64,000 nucleotides of DNA from Octopus sinensis (Eukaryota). The notes beneath the pieces were generated by a model. That model saw only the letters and a list, made by a program, of their open reading frames with translations. It had not been told where the DNA came from and did no database searches. The stretch covers positions 17,856,001-17,920,000 of the forward strand of contig NC_043013.1 of NCBI RefSeq assembly GCF_006345805.1, written 5' to 3'. Both the position numbers and the translations under genes were made by a program. Below, in pieces: positions 1-13,299 of the stretch (its first letter is position 1; every line of letters starts with the position of its first letter).

Positions 1-52
1 AATAATAATAATAATAGTTATAATAATTAATGATGATGCTGACAATGGTTGC

Positions 53-265
53 TGTTTTAGGCACAAGGCCAGAAATTTAAGTGGAAGGGGTTAGTGAATA
101 CCTTTGACCCCTGCACTTAGATTGGTACTTATTTTATAGACCCCTGAAAGGATGAAAGGCAAAGTTGATCTCAGTGGGATTTGAACTCAAAATGTAAAGA
201 ACTGGAACAAAAAATGCAAGCATTTGTTTTCCCAACGCTTTAATGATTCTGCCACGTTGCTCCTT
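53..265 (-). mobile_element. Decayed tRNA-derived SINE (family A)
   Basis: Contains the reverse complement of the family core CTTTGCCTTTCATCCTTTCGGGGTCGATAAA..GTACCAG seen in intact copies. Similar decayed copies lie near 5290-5500, 19480-19692, 30562-30780, 54230-54435 and 55148-55367. Confidence 0.75.
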
Positions 266-269
266 ATAT

Positions 270-328
<59 letters not shown>

Positions 329-332
329 AATG

Positions 333-377
<45 letters not shown>

Positions 378-411
378 TGAAGAAGAAATAGAAGTGCTAC
401 AACAACAAAAA

Positions 412-609
412 CAACACAAAAGTAAGCAAGCACACTGGATTCGCTTCAGTTGTTGGTGAAACCTTAATCTGTTGTTTTGATAAAGACCAGCTAATGTACC
501 AGGTCATTTGAACACAAAAGTAAGCAAGCACACTGGATTCGCTTCAGTTGTTGGTGAAACCTTAATCTGTTGTTTTGATAAAGACGCAGCTAATGTAGCC
601 AGGTCATTT
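412..609. repeat. Near-perfect tandem duplication, about 99 bp x2
   Basis: AACACAAAAGTAAGCAAGCACACTGGATTCGC...CCAGGTCATTT occurs at 412 and 511. Confidence 0.9.
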
Positions 610-885
610 GATTCCAAATCTTGGGCAAGAAGATATTCTGTGGAGGATATCAGTGACAGACCAGTTAGGTGTTATCTGTTCATTTCAGGTAATTTGGTCT
701 GGGAATGAAACCTGTGACGCCGGGGTTTTTCAGTGTTTTAAATACTCCCCTCCCAACCTCACTTGCATCCCATCAACCCTACCTCTCCAAACACACACAC
801 ACACACACTCCTCCTTCTCACACACACCATTCGAAGGCAAGTAATATGTAACTTCTTCTCTCTCTCTCTCTTTCTATGTGTGTGT

Positions 886-935
<50 letters not shown>

Positions 936-989
936 CACACACACATATATCATCATGATCATCATGATCATCATCAGCAGCAGCATCAG

Positions 990-3175
990 CATCATTTAAT
1001 GTCTGCTTTCCATGCTGGCATGGATTGGACAGTTTGACTGAGGACTGGCAAGCCAGGGGGATGCACCAGGCTCCAATTTGATCTGGCAAGGTTTCTACTG
1101 CTGGATGCCCTTCCTAGCACCAACTACTCCGAGAGTGTAGTCAGTGCTTTTTACGTGTCACCTGCACGGGGTCATTCTGGCAGCACTGGCAATCAACCAT
1201 GCTTGAATAGTGCTTTTTACATGCCACTAGCACAGGTGCCAGTCAGGCGGTACTGGCATTGGCCACGACATGATTTCACTTGACTCAACAGGTCTTCTCA
1301 AGCACTGCATATCTCCAAAGGTCTCGGTCCCTAGTTATTGCCACTGTGAGGCCCAACGTTTGAAGGTCATGCTTCACCACCTCATCCCAGGTCTTCTTGG
1401 GTCCACCTCTTCAACAGGTTCCCCCCACTGTTAGGGTATGACACTTCTTCACACTGCTGTACTCATCCATATGTAACACATGACCATACTAGAGCAGTCG
1501 TCTCTGTTGCACACCACATCTGATGCTTCTTATGTCCAACTTTTATTTCAGGGCACTTACACTCTGTTGTGTATGCACACTAACATTACACATTCATCAG
1601 AGCATACTAGCTTTATTTCTTTCAAGCCTACACATGTCCTCAGCAGTCACATCCCATGTTTCTCTGCCATGTGGCATGGCTGTTCGCACACATGCATCAT
1701 ACAGTCTACTTTTCACTTTGAGTGAAAGGCCCTTTGTTATCAGTAGAAGGAGCTCTCTGAACTTTGTCTTGGCTATTCTTATTCTAGCAGCTACGCTCTC
1801 ATAACATCTACCCCCACTACTGACTTGGTCATCTAGGTAGTGGAAGCTATCAACAACTTCTAGTTTTCCCCCTGATATATGATGGAAGCTGCTTTCTGCA
1901 CATTTTCAGTGTTTACTGCCCCTGTGCATCTTCCACACACAAAAACTATCTTCTTAGTTAACCTTCCTTTGATATTGCTGCACCACTTATGTGTCTATAG
2001 CTTACACCGGGTACATCTTATGGAGTATCTACCTATGCCTTTTCTACAGATAGAGCAAGGCCATCTACCTATTTCTTTACTACCCACAAGGAGCTAAACA
2101 CAGAGAGGACAAACAAGGACAGACTTATGGATTAAGTCGATTATATCGACCCCAGTGCGTAACTGGTATGTAATTTATCGACCCCGAAAGGATGAAAGGC
2201 AAAGTTGACCTCGGCAGAATTTGAACTCAGAACGTAATAGCAGACGAAATACGGCTACGCATTTCACCCAGCGTGCTAACGTTTCTGCCAGCTCGCCGCC
2301 TTGCAAGGCCATCTACCTAAAGGGATTTGTGATTTGCCTGCCTTCCAACTTACTAAGACTTTTGTTTTTGCTAGATTGACTCTAAGGCCCCTTGATTCTA
2401 CACCTGAAACTCCTCCTCTAGTTCTGGTAGTGACTCAGCTATTAGAGCAAAGTCATCAGCATAGAGGAGTTCCCAGGGGCATCCTGTCTGGAATTCTTCT
2501 GTTTTTGCCTGGAGGACTGTGATGAATAAGAAGGGGCTGAGGACTGATCCTTGGTGAACCCCTACCCCTACCTGGAATTCTTCACTATATTTGTTGCCAA
2601 TCCTTGCCTACTGACAGCATCCCTGTACATGGCTTGTGTAGCTTTCACTAACAACTCATCTATCCTTAGTTTCTGCATTGACCACCAGATAAGGGATCAA
2701 GGGAATCTGTCAAAGGCTTTCTCCATGTCAACAAAAGCCAAGTACAAAGGTTTATCTTTGGCTAGGAATTTATCCTGCAGCTGTCTTACCAGAAATATAG
2801 CATCAGTGCTGTTACTCCCTGGTACAAAACCAAACCGCATCTCATCTAAGAAAACTCTCTGCCTAATTAGTTGGGCTGTGACCCTCTCCGTGACTTTCAT
2901 CACCTCATCCAACAATTTGATACTTCTGTAATTATTCCTATCTAAAGCATCACCTTTACTCTTGTAGCAGTTGACTATGGTGCCACTACACCAGTCATTG
3001 GGTATAACTCCTTCATGTATCACATGGTTGACTATATGGGCGACTAGACTATAGCCTACACCACCAGATATTTTAAGCATTCCCGCAATGATTCCTAATG
3101 GGCCGGGGACTTTCCCTGTCTTCATACCCTTAAATTGCTTTATCTACCAAGGTACTATCAATTCGGATAGCTGGT
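990..3175 (-). mobile_element. 5'-truncated, degraded RTE-clade LINE
   Basis: ORF 2697-3125 carries RT motifs (NYRSIKLL, FGFVPG, STDAIFLVRQLQ, LYLAFVDMEKAFDR). A repetitive 3'UTR and (GAT)n tail lie near 990. Confidence 0.9.
2072..2302 (-). mobile_element. Full-length SINE family A (tRNA head, Nin/Deu-like core) nested in RTE
   Basis: Head GGCGGCGAGCTGGCAGAAACGTTAGC, B-box-like GAGTTCAAATTC, and a 17-bp TSD GCAAGGCCATCTACCTA (2055-2071 and 2303-2319). Confidence 0.9.
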
Positions 3176-3503
3176 CCCTCTGTCTCCTAGCTTCCCTTCT
3201 GGCGATCAGCTATCCAACAGAACACAACTCACATTACACACACAATACAAATACTAATACAACAAGCGACTCAAGCCAAACCCCATAACAAAAACAAACT
3301 GATGCAACAAAGTAGCAGGAAGAGTCTGTACCCCTCCAACACCAACAAAAAAAAAAAAATATGCAATGCTGCATACACCTCAGCTGTACAGATATGTGGC
3401 AGGTGAAGCAGTTGAAATTTGTATGAAACTAATAAATGTCAAATTGGGCTTCATGTATTTGGACTCCAATGCCACCTTGATGGCATGTGCTGCTCTCTCA
3501 CTC

Positions 3504-3534
<31 letters not shown>

Positions 3535-3599
3535 TCAGTGATTATCATCATCATCATTATCATCATTATCATTATTATTATTATTTATTATTATTATTA

Positions 3600-4995
3600 T
3601 TATTTTCTTTATTAGCCAAAAGGGCTTACACAAAACAACATAAAATGACATACAATAACATGAAAAGACAATACAAGACAATACAAAGGATTTGCAAATT
3701 GTGTAAACAGTAAAATAACAATTAAAATTAAACAATAAAATCTCCCAATAGGGGGAGGCAGTTGAAGGATACTGATGGGAAAGCCCACAAAAACCACAGG
3801 TGGCCCAACCAACAGGGCAAGAGCCCTCTCCTTTTTTCCTTTTTACAGGTGCATGTTCAAGACTGGTTCATTTACATTGACCATTCTTCTGACATTCACC
3901 TACCTATCAGCAAACTTGCTAGAAGACAACACTTCCTTCTCTACCCTCACTTTTCTTTTCAAGTGAAACTTGGAAAAGTGTATGAGGGCTTGGCCAAAGA
4001 GGAAAGTGTCTGACTTTAGCCCTTTCAAGTGTGTCCAATCACTCAACCTCTTTCACTACAGCTACCAGACAAATAAAAAATTCCCTGCCCCTCCCTGCCA
4101 AAGAAGGGCAGTGGGAGTAATCTTCACTATGGATTCAGCTGATAGTCAGATTTGTCCTACATGTGACAGCGAGTGTTCAGCATAAACCCACAGGTCAGCA
4201 ATGCTTAGACACTAGATGAGGGAGTGCAAAACGGTTTTGTCACTCTGCGCACATCTCAGGCAGGCTCGGCTGAAGGCACTTCTGTACCTTTAAGTTTATC
4301 TTGAACTGGCAGCACTCTTTGGTAGCACTGCCAGGCCAGAGATTTCTGGAAATTATCCATGGACCCGGCCTGAAGTTCTCTGGAACAGACCAGTCAGTTG
4401 ATCCTTGTCAACGCTCAAGGTTTCTCCAAAATGTGTTGAACTTTTCCTCCACTAACCCACTATAGAACACTGGAGTGGAACTACCACCAACTGCAATGCC
4501 CAACTGGTAGAGAGCTTGAGGGCTTGTCGACACTTGAAGTGCCAAGGGCTCTTCCTTGGTCTATACTTAATCCAAGATTGCAGCTCAGTCACAGAGATGA
4601 GCTGTGGAAGAGCAAGTGTAATGAACAGCAACCACACCTACTCACCCTCAAGGTAACGCTGGAGATGTCACAGCCTGAGTGCATTAGTAACCATGGCATG
4701 CTCAGGCTCCTGTTCAGCAGTTTTTGACAGCAGATGGGGTGCCTGACCAGTGGAATGTGCCCCTTCCACAGAAAGTGGAAGAGTAAGCACACCAGCTTGG
4801 TCAACCAGCAAACGGGGTAAAGGACAATGGTCAAGTGGTAATAGATGACATATGCGATGTACACATTAAACCACCTCGGCCCTACCTTTCAGGAACAGCT
4901 TCCTCTTGACCCATTTATGGATGAGATTGGTCACCCTCTTTGTCACCTCATCCTAGTTTTTCTCCACCTGGAGGTCTGGACCAAACCAGACCCCG
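3600..4995 (-). mobile_element. Degraded Tx1/L1-clade LINE 3' portion
   Basis: Colinear with the better preserved copy at 19770-21500 (LVCLLFHFLWKGHIPLVR; TELQSWIKYRPRK), with an (AAT)n tail. Confidence 0.85.
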
Positions 4996-5234
4996 AGCAA
5001 TTTAACCACTTCTCATGGTTTCTGATCTTAACTGATTGGGAGTGTTATCATGTACATGTTTTGTCTTGTTGTTAAAAATTGGGCTACAGCAAATATTCTG
5101 TTCAATACCACTGATTTACTTCTTAACTGGTTGACCTTAACCAGTGGAGCATGTTCCTTAGTGGCTCATGATATGTGCATATCTGATCACTCGATAAAAA
5201 TTAAAATAAATAGATAATAATAATAATGATGATG

Positions 5235-5291
<57 letters not shown>

Positions 5292-5947
5292 GTTTCAAAT
5301 TTTGGCTCAAAGCCATCAATTTTGGGGAGGGGAAAAGCTGATTACATCAACCCCAAAGTTCAACTGGTACTTATTTTATTGACACCAAAAGGATGAAAGG
5401 CAAAGATGATCTCAGCAGAAGTTGAACTCAGAATGTAAGAATGGATGAAATGCCATTTATCATTTTGTCCAGCATACTTATGATTCTGCCAGCTTGCCTT
5501 TATAATAATAACAATAATTACAACAATTTTTTTTTTGTTACTTTGGAACAAATACAGAAGCTAAAAGAAAAGGAATATAAAGATGTTGATCCCTCCTCCC
5601 TCACATCCCGCAGCTTGGCAGCCAGTGTTGTTTGTTTATGTTGCCATAACTTAACAGTTCGACACAAGTGACTGATAGAATAAATACCAGATTTAAAAGT
5701 AATTACTGCTGTTAGTTTGTTTGACTAAACCCTTCAAAACAGTGCTCAGCACGGCCACAGTCCAATGAGTGAAACAGGTAAAATACAAGGTGCAATAAAT
5801 CATACAACTTTACAAATTTGACACGAGAAGTTTTCTCCTCACCGAAGCAGAAAAGCCACAGATTTATAATAGACAAGCATAGAGTTCCTAGAATATGACT
5901 CTATTTGCATAGCTTATTGTTGTTGATAATAATAATAATAATAATAA

Positions 5948-6219
5948 TTATTATTGTTGTTGATGTATACCTCTAGTGAATCGTGACAACATTATGACAC
6001 ATAAGTCATTAACCAAGCAACCAGTTGTAATCCACAGATCCTGTCTAGTGTGTTCCTCCATGTAGTTTCTCTGCCAGTTATTGCATAGCTTATTGTTGTT
6101 GATGTATACCTCTAGTGAATCGTGACAACATTATGACACATAAGTCATTACCCAAGCAACCAGTTGTAATCCACAAATCCTGTCTAGTGTGTTCCTCCAT
6201 GTAGTTTCTCTGCCAGTTA
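5948..6219. repeat. Tandem duplication, about 139 bp x2
   Basis: TTATTGTTGTTGATGTATACCTCTAGTGAATCG...CTCTGCCAGTTA is repeated with about 2 differences. Confidence 0.9.
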
Positions 6220-6308
6220 GAAATAGCAGCCAGAGCTCTCTTAACTAACATTTGCCATGTTAAAGGAAAAAAGATGCTTTAGATAATGTAATCACAGATA
6301 CTGCTTAA

Positions 6309-6717
6309 ACCTTTTGATATCAACAAATTTCCTGTTTCAAAGTGATCTATGCCTTCTATGAAAACTCCATGTTAATTTATGTTCTAGATACCAACTTAAT
6401 AAAGACAAAATTATTTTACTAAATTCTTCTTTCTTTTTAAAAGTAAGTGAAACAAAATCAGTGCATTTCAATAGAAATATGGTAACAAAGGAATTAACCC
6501 TTTCGTTACCAACCCGCTGAAACTACCTCTGGCTCTGAATACAAACGTCTTCTTATCATAAGTTTTGAATTAAAATGTTCTGCCAAACCTTAATCACAAT
6601 TTATGTTCCTAACACTAGCTGAATGATAACTAAGTTGTTTTACTAAATTCTTTGTTATATTTAAAATTAATTGAAAGAAACACAGAGCTTCTCGAAATAA
6701 ATACAGCAACAAAAGGG
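6309..6717 (+). mobile_element. Two adjacent piggyBac-type MITEs sharing a TTAA site (younger copy 6498-6717)
   Basis: TTAA-CCCTTTCGTTAC...GCAACAAAAGGG-TTAA. The older related copy 6309-6493 ends at the same TTAA. Confidence 0.75.
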
Positions 6718-7023
6718 TTAAAAAAGACAGTATGGTTACTCCTAGCCAAAATGTCTTTGATTATAGGTCTGTTTGAGCAGGATCGACCATGGTTAAACAG
6801 CAACAACAAAAATTACAACAACAACAACATCAACAACCCAGTTGATGACAATACTACGTAGTTCAGTCTCAGACCACAATGGTTTATTGTTGTAGTGCAG
6901 TGGGATGGTCTTCAATATTTAGATAATTTCTGTATACTTAGCTTGACACATCTTCTCAAGTACAGCAGACTGCCAGGAATCTTGGTCCCCACCATGATCC
7001 CCATAGTAAGATGTGTGTGTGTG

Positions 7024-7605
7024 TGAGCTGGAAGAACCATTAGCACACTGGGCGAAATGCGTAGCCGTATTTCGTCTGCCATTATGTTCTGAGTTCAAAT
7101 TCCAGCAATATTGACTTTGCCTTTCACCCTTTTGGGGTCAATAAATTAAGTACCAGTTACGCACTGGGGACGATGTAATCGACTTGATCCATGTGATTTC
7201 TATATATAGAAATATATATATTTTCAAGGCGGTGAGCTGGCAGAAATGTTAGTGCGCCATCAAAATGCTTAGCGATATTGCATCTGTCATTACATTCTGA
7301 GTTCAAATTCCACCGAGGTCGACTTTGCCTTTCAGCCTTTTGGACTGGGGTTGATGTAATCGACTTAATCTGTCCTTGTTTGTCCCCTTTATGTTTAGCC
7401 CCTTGTGGGTAGTAAAGAAATAGGTATTTCGTCTGCTGCTTTGTTCTGAGTTCAAATTCCCCCGAGGTCAACTTTGCCTTTCATCCTTTCGGGGTCGATA
7501 AATTAAGTACCAGTTATGCACTGGGGTCAATGTAATCAACTTAATTTCTTTATCTGTCCTTGTGTGTCCCCTCTATGTTTAGCCCCTTGTGGGTAATAAA
7601 GAAAC
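7024..7605 (+). mobile_element. Cluster of three SINE family A copies
   Basis: Three GAGTTCAAATTCC..GACTTTGCCTTTCA cores. The second and third join at AAAGAAATA-GGTATTTCGTCTG. Confidence 0.88.
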
Positions 7606-7619
7606 ATATATGTGTTTCT

Positions 7620-8005
7620 TTTATCTTTTTTTTTTACTCATTTCAGTCATTAGAGTGCGGCGATGCTGGAGCACACCTAGAAGAATTTTTAGTCAAAAGA
7701 ATTGACCCCCAACACTTAGTTTCTTTTTAAGCCTGGTACCTATCCTATTGGTCACTTTTCACAAACAGATAAGTTACAAGAGTAATGGTGGAGTAAACAT
7801 GCCAACATCAGTTGTCAAGAAGTGGTCTGGGACAAAGACAGACATATAATCACACACACACATGATGAGCTGCTTTCAGTTTCCATCTACCAAATCCACT
7901 CACAAAACTTTGGTCTGTCCAAGGCTCTTGTAGAACACACTTGCCCAAGCTGTCATGCGGTGAGACTGAACCCAGGACCATGTGGTTCGAAAGCAAGCTT
8001 CCTAT
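7620..8005 (-). mobile_element. SINE family B, decayed
   Basis: Reverse complement of the copy at 56117-56480. Confidence 0.75.
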
Positions 8006-8383
8006 CACGTGCATATATATGTGCGTCTATAAACATATATATGTGATATATGTGTACACACACACACGCACACACACACACACACACATCCATTCAGATA
8101 CATGTACATACATGCGCACGTACACAGATATACATATAACCACACAGGCACACACAGGCACATGTACATACATAATTACATATAAATATATGTAAACAGT
8201 GATATACAAACACATACAGACAAGCACACATGCACACACACATATATATATACATGTATGGACATATATAGCCATATAGATAAATACTCATGTGATAAGT
8301 AGAAGTGAAGGAGGTTGGAGAGTGTTTGTGTTGACATAAGTATCATGGACAGAGGAATTATCTTCTATTTTCAGATCTACATG

Positions 8384-8426
<43 letters not shown>

Positions 8427-8747
8427 CAGATGAGGCTTTCCTTGTGCGTATGCTTGCGTCATCATCGTGTTGGCTTCACTTTTTGCTATACACATACACA
8501 TACATATATTATGTATGAATATAAGCATTTGTGGCGCTGTGCGTGTGTGTGGGTGGTGGGTGGGGGCTGTGAGATGTATATTTTGAGTATGTGGTTACGT
8601 ATATGAGTGTGTTTAATACCCTCCTCCCCCTCCCACATGAATACAGACAAACGCATATGCGTATGTGTGTACATGCACACGCATACACATATACACACTC
8701 ACATACGAAATAATAGATACATAGGCCAGAAAGATAGATTGATATAT

Positions 8748-8806
<59 letters not shown>

Positions 8807-8937
8807 TATATATATACACATACACACACACACATATATATATATATAATATATACATTATATATTTATACACACAAACACACATATATATAAATATAAA
8901 TATATATAACATATATATATTATAAATATATATATAT

Positions 8938-8988
<51 letters not shown>

Positions 8989-9013
8989 ATGTGTGTGTGT
9001 GTGTGTGTGTGTG

Positions 9014-9282
9014 CAGAGTAAACACGCAGAAATTTATATGGGCTGGACACGTCACCCAGTTCACCGATAATCAGTGGACCCACGCAGTTGTCGAGTGGTA
9101 CCCACACAAGCAGAAACAACCACCCGGAAGGCCTCCACGACAGTGGAGTTACGATTTCAGGAGGACGATTGGGATCATGTGGATGAGAAAAGCGCGATCC
9201 AGAGAGGAGTGGACAGCGTGCTGTGACCAGCAGTGTCAAATGGACGCCTGATGGACTGGTCGGTCAAGGTGATCAAGGTGAT
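9014..9282 (+). mobile_element. 3' end of an RTE-type LINE
   Basis: KFIWAGHVTQFTDNQWTHAVVEWYPHKQKQPPGRPPRQWSYDF is a typical RTE C-terminus. The tail TGGTCGGTCAAGGTGATCAAGGTGAT is also seen near 49330-49355. Confidence 0.85.
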
Positions 9283-9496
9283 ATATATATACATATATAA
9301 TTTCAGCAAAACAATTAAGATTCAAATGAATTCAAATGAATTCAAATGAATATGGTACTTAACTTAGATGCACCAGAATTCTTTATGGTATTAACATAAA
9401 TTATGTGGGGTGATTATAACCAAGAAAAAGGCAACAAGAATGGTTATATACATATATATTATAATTTATATATATATATATATATGTCTATATACA

Positions 9497-9578
<82 letters not shown>

Positions 9579-9583
9579 TATAT

Positions 9584-9628
<45 letters not shown>

Positions 9629-10149
9629 CACATGGCGGTGCCCCAGCATGGCCACAGCTTGTGAGCTGAACTAGATAAAAATAAATAGATAAAAAAACTA
9701 GTGGGCTTCTGAGCCTTCAACATGGTCTGTATTGTGCTCAAATGTATTCATAAGGCACATATTGGCATCTATCATAATGCCCAAGTTCCTTACAATGAAA
9801 TAACTGCACGGTTATTTGCGAAATGATCAAATTTGAATGACATGAAAGACCTGAAATATTATCAATTTTATTTAGTGTCTTTAGTGGTCAACGAACAAAC
9901 AAACAGACTTTGCTTTTTATGAGGATGGAGATATATAGACATTATAGTGAAATAGTATGTGGATTTCTAGAAAAAAGAGTCAATACACCACCAACTTGGT
10001 CCCCCCTTCCAATGCATTTTTGGAAAATAAGTGCACAGTTATCTGCAGAATGGTCAAAATGATATGAAAAACCTGAACTGCTTGGTCTTAGCTTATTTCA
10101 TGTGATGATGTTTAATGTTTCTCTCCCGTACAGCATCCTTATGAACCAG

Positions 10150-10878
10150 ATTCCATAATCTTCTTTTCCTCTGACTGTGGAGGACATGCGTAGGCTGGAG
10201 AGGAATGAAAGTAGTATGTTTCATTGGATTTGCAACATCAGTGTGCATGACCAACAGAGCACAACAGTGTTGAGAGAAAAGTTAGGCATACGATAGATTA
10301 AATGTGGTATGCAGGAGAGGAAAATGCATTGGTTTGGACATGTGATGTGTATGAGTGAAGACAGCTGTATACAGAAGTGCCTGTTGCTGAAAGTGGAAGG
10401 TACCTTTGGAAGAAGGGAGACCCAAAAAGACATGGGATGAATTGGTGAGGACTGACCTTAGGATGTTGGGGCTCATGGACGAAATGACAGTGGACTGAGA
10501 TGTTTGGAGGTATGAAGTTCAAGAGAAGACCAGTCCATCAAACTGATTGCTAGAAGAGTTGGGTCCCACCCAATCTACCCTAAGAAATTGAACTACAACT
10601 CTCCTTCTAACTGCGTCTTTCTCTTTCTCACATTGCCTTTTCACAAATTATGATTGTTTTCCAATCCCCTTTATTGCTCTCACTGCTCTGCTCCCCGTAT
10701 CACTGCTCTCCACACACCCAACACCCACATCCACACCCTATTTTGCTAACCAGGTTCTACAATCGTACTTGTGTTACTTGTGAGTATACCTTAGCACTAC
10801 ACCATCTCTCTTCTGCTCTCTCTTACACTTTTGCTGTTTCCTGCTCTCTCTCACTCAATTTCCCTTTGATCACTCTCA

Positions 10879-10920
<42 letters not shown>

Positions 10921-11018
10921 TCTCTTGTTTTTCTTCTGCCTGGGTAACCAAGTATCTCTCATACATTAGCACACTTGTTTCTGGCCCCTTTCTTGCGACC
11001 TATCTCTCATTCTTTATC

Positions 11019-11071
<53 letters not shown>

Positions 11072-11712
11072 CTCACTGGGTAACCATGTACCTCCTCTAT
11101 AGCTTTCATCATTTGATACTCGATCACCTCCTCTATTGTGGCAAGACACCTGCTTTTGTCTCTCTGTCTCTTTGTCACATCCTCCGACACAAGTTCTCCC
11201 ACTCAAATGCCCTGCCCCTCTCATAATTCCTTGTCTTGTGAGTTACTTGGTTACCCTGTCAGTGCTGGTGCCACGTTAAAAGCATCCAGTCCACACTGTA
11301 ACGTGGCTAGCATTTGGAGGGGCATCCAGCTGTAAAAATCATGTCAAAACAGGCCTCACCTCTTCTGGTGCCATGTAAAAAGCACTGAGTCCACTCTGCA
11401 GAGTGGTTGGTGTTAGGAAGGGCATCCATCCGTAAACCCTGCCAAAACAGACAAACAGTAGCCTAGAGTAGCATTGGAGGGGGCATCCAGCTGTAAAAAT
11501 CATGTCAAAACAGGCCTCACCTCTTCTGGTGCCATGTAAAAAGCACTGAGTCCACTCTGCAGAGTGGTTGGTGTTAGGAAGGGCATCCAGCCGTAAAATC
11601 CCTGCCAAAACAGACACAGTAGCCTAGAGTAGCTTTTTACCTGGCTGGCTCCTGTCAACAGTCCTACCCATGTATGCTTGGAAGATGGCTGTTAAATGAT
11701 GATGATGGTGAT
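10150..11712 (+). mobile_element. RTE LINE C-terminus plus long 3'UTR with an internal tandem duplication of about 163 bp (11311-11635)
   Basis: Reads EDMRRLERNESSMFHWICNISV...HWFGHVM; the 3'UTR ends GTTAAATGATGATGATG. Confidence 0.8.
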
Positions 11713-12005
11713 ATATATATATCTCGATTTTGGGGGGATTCATTGATATGCAGGTATTCTGTTTCAGATAATACAAAAATAACTTAATGAGTATATCTGA
11801 CAGTAAACTCATGGTATCAGTTTGCACATCACGAAATAATACTTAAAGGATATAACCACAATTGCCAGCAGGGTATATAATATACTTCATTAGTTATATC
11901 CTACTTTAGTTAATATTTACATTTATTAAATATGAAGGAACTACACGTGTTTTAGTATTGGAAGATTAAAATATATACATATACACAACTGTATACCCAT
12001 ATGCA

Positions 12006-12049
<44 letters not shown>

Positions 12050-12050
12050 T

Positions 12051-12101
<51 letters not shown>

Positions 12102-12344
12102 TACACACACATACATATATAAATACATATACACACATCGTCAGATTTACAATTATTCCAACACATCTTCAGGTTCTATTTCAAAATATTATATATCTAA
12201 TTTTACATCCCTTTAAAAATAAGTAATGTAATTAAGCATTAAAGATTAAAAGTTAAGAATTAAAAAATTAAAAATTAAGAATAAAAATTATACTTTGTAA
12301 TATTAAGAATTAAAATTTATAAGTCATACATTATAAATATGAAT

Positions 12345-12665
12345 TAGTATATATATCAATCATGTAAAATCAAGTATATGTCAAATACAGAATGTGAGAT
12401 TAAACATATAAGATTAAACATCAGAATAAAAATGTCTGTGTTTAAATACGATACATAACAAGAAGAATTCAAATATGTATCTTCCTTTTTTTGCTGGTAC
12501 TAAAATGGTGATTTTCCTCAAATCACCATTTTAGTACTAGCAAATAATATGTATTTGAATTTTTCTTGTTATATATCACTTTTAAACACAGACATTTTTA
12601 TTCTTATAGCTCACATTCTGTATTTGACATATACTTGATTTTACATGATTGATATATATATTGAT
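12345..12665. repeat. Long AT-rich palindrome (foldback) centred near 12517
   Basis: TTTGCTGGTACTAAAATGGTGATTT-TCCTC-AAATCACCATTTTAGTACTAGCAAA at the centre; arms extend about 150 bp with indels. Confidence 0.88.
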
Positions 12666-12720
12666 TGTTTTATTTATAGATAAATATATAAATATACGAT
12701 ATAGAAATATATGATAAATA

Positions 12721-13068
12721 AGCCTACATATGTCCTCAGCAGTCATGGCCCATGTTTCACTGCCATGTAGCATGGCAGTTCGCACACATGCATCATACAG
12801 TCTACCTTTCATCCTGAGCAAGAGGCCTTTTGTTGCCAGCAGAGGTAAGATCTCCCTGAACTTTGCCCAGGCAATTCTTATTCTAGCCGCTACACTCTCA
12901 GAGCAACTACTCCCACTACAGACTTGGTCGCCTAGGTAGTGGAAGCTATTAACAACGTCTAGTTTTTCCCTCTGGCATGTGATGCAAATCTGTTTTCTGT
13001 GCATCTTCAGTGTTTATTGCCCTTGTGCATCTGCCACACACAAAAACTATTTTCCTGGTTAACAATCC

Positions 13069-13071
<3 letters not shown>
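12721..13071 (-). mobile_element. RTE LINE fragment
   Basis: VNSFHYLGDQV..SESVAARIRIAWAKFREILPLL..KGRLYDACVRTAMLHGSETW. Confidence 0.88.
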
Positions 13072-13103
<32 letters not shown>

Positions 13104-13299
13104 AAGTGGGCTGCTATCTGGTTTAGTTAGTCCAGAGATGGGGAAGAGAAAGGAAAGGCCAGATCTAGTTCTGGTAGCTGTATATTTAGGGAAAGCAAAG
13201 AGGAAATCCTAGGCATGGAAGCTAAACCTAGAGTTGAAGGGGCCTCAAGGTAAACTTATCAATGACTAAAATGTTAGTGGGTAAGGAAGAAGACAGAAC

